Part shown: positions 60,768-64,000 of the stretch, piece by piece
Layout: each line of letters starts with the position of its first letter
Numbering within the stretch: position 1 is the stretch's first letter
Source of the DNA: Candidatus Saccharimonadota bacterium
GTDB lineage: Bacteria > Patescibacteriota > Saccharimonadia > Saccharimonadales > OFTM59
DNA length: 64,000 bases
NCBI GenBank assembly: GCA_029260875.1
Contig: JAJDCL010000017.1
Coordinates: 813-64,812 of the forward strand
Reading direction: 5' to 3'
Notes under the pieces: generated by a model
What the model was told of the DNA's origin: nothing
The model's input: only the letters and a program-made list of their open reading frames with translations
Databases searched by the model: none
Program-made: the position numbers and the translations under genes

Positions 60768-63089
60768 TCATTTTCCTCGAATTTCACGGTTAATAAGTTC
60801 CATCGCTCTCTCTACCAATTCTCGCGCGCGAATGGGCTTATCAATAAATGCTACGTCAGCCTCTAGCACGCCATGATGAATGATCGCAGTGTCGGTATAG
60901 CCAGACATATACATGACATGCATATTGGGCCGCGAATGACGAACAGCCTCGGCCAACTCACGACCGCCCATTCCAGGCATGACCACATCGGTAAGCAACA
61001 GATGAATCTCACCGTCGAACTGCTTACAGATCTCTATGCCACTTTCTGCGTCTGCAGATTTGAGTACTGTGAAGAATTCACGGAGAATGGCAACGACGAT
61101 TGACCGAACGCCAGGATCGTCTTCCACTACTAGTACAACTTTGGACGACGGTTCAATTGACCGACGGATCACATCACGCACAGGCTTTATTTCATCGCAA
61201 GTTTGGGGAATGTAAACCTTAAATGTCGTACCTTTGTCTATTTCGCTATAAACCCAAATATTTCCACCACTCTGTTTGACGATACCGAAGACAGTACTTA
61301 ATCCTAGCCCGGTCCCTCGGCCTAGGCTCTTCGTCGTAAAAAAGGGTTCGAAGATACGTGCTCTAGTCTCTTCGCGGATACCGATTCCAGTGTCGCTTAT
61401 TGCTAACATTACATGGGGGCCGGACTTAGCTCCGTGTTTGGCATCGACATAGGTTTCGTCTATCTCAATATCTTTAGTTTCTATTGTTAGTGTACCACCT
61501 GATGGCATAGCATCCCGTGCGTTTAAAACAAGATTCATGATAACTTGCTCCAATTGACCCGGATCGAATTTGATTGCTGCTCGAGAATTAAGCCTTAACC
61601 TGATTTCGATATCTTCGCCAATTAATCGTCGCAACATTGTGTCCAGTTGCGCCACGATAACGTTCGGATCCAATGTCTTGGGTTGTAGAACTTGCTTTCG
61701 GCTAAACGCTAATAGCTGCCGAGTAAGTGCGGCCGCTCTGTTTCCGGCGTCAAGGATTTGGGATAATTGAGCGTATTTAGGATCTGTTTCTGAGAAGCTA
61801 TCGATCATGAATTCGCTATACCCAATCATCACGGTTAATTGGTTGTTGAAATCATGGGCGACTCCACCAGCAAGGCGACCAAGTGCCTCCATTTTCTGCG
61901 CTTGTCGTAGCTGGTTTTCCAGACTTTTCTTATCTGATACGTTGGTAACGAAACCGACCATCCAGCGGACGGAACCTGTCTCGTCAAACGTAAAGTAGCC
62001 ATGATCTTCAACCGGGATATAGCTCCCATCGTTTTTCTGTAAACGATAATCTAGCGAGAACGGACCTTTTTGTTCAGTCGAGCGGCGTTTTTCCTTTATG
62101 TATTTATTCCTGTCGTCCTCATGAATAAGCTCAAGCCATCTCTCAAAGCCGCCAAGAAGTTCGGTGGGTGCATAGTCCAAAGCATGTGTATTTGCGTAAC
62201 TGATGGCGTTCGTTTCTGGGTTCCATGTATAGAACAACTGTCCACTTGCCAAGACAGCAGCCTCATGATGTTTCTTTAACTGTAGATAGGATGCTTGTAG
62301 CCGCTCTCTTGCCAGCTGTCGCTCGGTGATATCATTGACGGCTAGAAGAATGAGATCGGAACTTGTTCCTGAGTGCGCAACGTGGCGGCCATTCAAGTTC
62401 AGAATGCGACGGCCCAATTGAGGCACATGTCGATCCAATTCAAAATCCACAATCCGCTCATGTTCATTGAGTGCAGAATCTATAAGTTTGCGAAGCTTTT
62501 CGTCGTCCCAAATTCCCCCACACAGTCGGTAAAGGTATTCGCCAATAGTTTCTTCTTTCGAAGATCCAAAGTACTCGCAATACGCTCTGTTGACTAAGTG
62601 AACACAAAGTCGACGATCAACAACGATAAGGGGTTCGTGAATCGTATCTAAGATACTCTTCGTATATTCATGCGCATTCATTAACGCGGTTACGTCGGTA
62701 TGGGCCCCCAGCATACGTATAGGTTTTCCCTTTTCGTCGCGAATGGCCATGCCACGGCATCGAACCCATACCGTTGAACCGTCCCGATGCTTGTACCTCA
62801 CAATTTGATCATACGGATGTGTTGGATCAATGCAGTGCTTCTTGAAGTTCTTGAGTGCTACCTGAAGATCCTCTGAATGGATGAGGTCTTTCCATTCCTC
62901 TGCGATGTGCCGTTTTTGACTCGGATCGAAACCAAGCGTCTCCCAAAAACGTGGACTCATCCATTCATTCTCGGGTTCGATCAAGTCCCAATACCAAATA
63001 CCGTCTAGGGAACCCGATTCGATAAATTCAAAAATTTCGGGGCTTTCTTGCGCCCTCGCGTAGAGTTCACGCCTTAGATAATGTTCCAT
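60768..63089 (-). CDS. hybrid sensor histidine kinase (multiple PAS domains, HisKA, HATPase, C-terminal receiver)
   Basis: PAS-like repeats, an H-box GGVAHDFNNQLTVMIGY, N/G boxes (NLVLNARDAM, GTGLGLSTVFGIV) and a receiver domain (VLVVEDD...LLLTDVVMPGMGG...YMSGY). Confidence 0.9.
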   Translation of the reverse strand: MEHYLRRELYARAQESPEIFEFIESGSLDGIWYWDLIEPENEWMSPRFWETLGFDPSQKRHIAEEWKDLIHSEDLQVALKNFKKHCIDPTHPYDQIVRYKHRDGSTVWVRCRGMAIRDEKGKPIRMLGAHTDVTALMNAHEYTKSILDTIHEPLIVVDRRLCVHLVNRAYCEYFGSSKEETIGEYLYRLCGGIWDDEKLRKLIDSALNEHERIVDFELDRHVPQLGRRILNLNGRHVAHSGTSSDLILLAVNDITERQLARERLQASYLQLKKHHEAAVLASGQLFYTWNPETNAISYANTHALDYAPTELLGGFERWLELIHEDDRNKYIKEKRRSTEQKGPFSLDYRLQKNDGSYIPVEDHGYFTFDETGSVRWMVGFVTNVSDKKSLENQLRQAQKMEALGRLAGGVAHDFNNQLTVMIGYSEFMIDSFSETDPKYAQLSQILDAGNRAAALTRQLLAFSRKQVLQPKTLDPNVIVAQLDTMLRRLIGEDIEIRLRLNSRAAIKFDPGQLEQVIMNLVLNARDAMPSGGTLTIETKDIEIDETYVDAKHGAKSGPHVMLAISDTGIGIREETRARIFEPFFTTKSLGRGTGLGLSTVFGIVKQSGGNIWVYSEIDKGTTFKVYIPQTCDEIKPVRDVIRRSIEPSSKVVLVVEDDPGVRSIVVAILREFFTVLKSADAESGIEICKQFDGEIHLLLTDVVMPGMGGRELAEAVRHSRPNMHVMYMSGYTDTAIIHHGVLEADVAFIDKPIRARELVERAMELINREIRGK

Positions 63090-63420
63090 ACTCGGCTACT
63101 CTGTTCGTTATCGAGGATTCCTTAGGGGCGAATGCTCAGAATAAACGTCTCCATTCCCTGTACAATTTCGATATACTTCTATTATGGACCAAAATGTCAT
63201 GGATGCGAGTGAGTCGAGTACGATACACGCATGACATGTGTCACATGAAACCTGTCGTACCTCGGGGTAGACACGTGCTGTTGATGATCATTCCTAAATT
63301 GACGATCACCGCATCCCATATGCCGCCCCATAGCTGTCACCAAGGCACTGGGCCTTCGTCCAATTGTGATTCGCAAACGAAGAGCGTCGTTGTAATTTTT
63401 CACATCCTGGGAATTACCAA

Positions 63421-63846
63421 CTAAACCCAACAAACCTTTTCCTTTCTCGAACTCTTGAGTTCGGGGGGGTGACTCTGCTCCGATTCGCGAGGCTGTGCTC
63501 GGCAGCGACGTACAAATTCGAAGGAGTCAGGATTAAATTCAATAGAAGCAGTTTGGCCCGTCAACTTAACGGCGTAACCAAACCCCGGGCGACCGGTATC
63601 ACTGGGTTTCGTGGACTTGGCGTCCGTAGGTCGCAGCCGCACGCTACCGAATGTGACATACGAATGAGGTTCCTGAAGTGACAAGCCAAGTAAGGCCAAA
63701 TCTGACGCGCAAAGAACGGTTTTTATTTTGCCGGAAAACTGTCTGGAAATGAAGCTATCTATTGGCTCAGGTGCGCCTAACGGATCTGTTGGCATTGGTA
63801 CAGCAAGTTTCGTCATAACTTGACACAATTTTGGTTCGTCAACCAT
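63421..63846 (-). CDS. hypothetical protein
   Basis: ORF only; no recognisable motif. Confidence 0.25.
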   Translation of the reverse strand: MVDEPKLCQVMTKLAVPMPTDPLGAPEPIDSFISRQFSGKIKTVLCASDLALLGLSLQEPHSYVTFGSVRLRPTDAKSTKPSDTGRPGFGYAVKLTGQTASIEFNPDSFEFVRRCRAQPRESEQSHPPELKSSRKEKVCWV

Positions 63847-64000
63847 TTGCCGTTCGGCTGGATCCTATTAACCCTCCGCAGAAAACGGAATCTGAGGAAC
63901 TTATGGTCCTGGCATACTACACCAAATCTCGATTGGCTTCCGCCATCATGACGCGTGTCGCTCAGGTGATTTCTTGTGAACGTGTTGAACATGTCCTTGA

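Overview
The window is a mosaic accessory region with no rRNA, tRNA or CRISPR array that I could find. All protein-family calls come from motifs I read by eye. No database search, structure prediction or statistics were run.

Left third (about 1-25 kb): a patchwork of defence-like and mobile genes.
- A sigma-like gene, a small acidic ORF and an ImmA/IrrE peptidase gene form a coupled triad.
- A mini-Rhs protein follows.
- A tyrosine-recombinase cassette is bounded by 31-bp direct repeats.
- An HNH-like/TM protein sits next to a caspase-like protease.
- A DUF3800 gene and a SIR2-like gene with an overlapping 906-aa helical partner are also present.
- Three same-orientation IS3-family fragments and a truncated Tn21-like tnpR-tnpA element are interspersed.

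Right two thirds (about 25-57 kb): a heavy-metal resistance island.
- A BlaI/BlaR1-like pair lies upstream of a czcCBA-type operon, followed by a HupE/UreJ-like gene.
- A CDF transporter is divergent from a CsoR/RcnR-like repressor.
- A second OMF-MFP-RND operon continues through a P-II-like gene into a Zn/Cd-type P1B ATPase.
- A MerR operon carries thioredoxin-like, HMA-domain and outer-membrane genes.
- The island is cut up by at least seven Tn3-family elements or remnants. These include one complete 3.8-kb transposon and a tnpA-only IS-like element.

Right end: a vapXD-like pair coupled to a serine recombinase at a Tn3-type IR, an outer-membrane barrel protein and a PAS hybrid histidine kinase.

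Best candidates for something undescribed:
1. The segment at 3872-7461. A perfect 27-bp inverted repeat contains the recombinase stop codon plus the start codon and first eight codons (MIIRNYLL) of two convergent genes, an ATP-grasp ligase and a STAND ATPase with a helical-repeat tail. Inversion would keep all three ORFs intact but swap which gene sits behind the recombinase.
2. The split SIR2 + 906-aa pair.
3. The HNH-TM + caspase-like pair.
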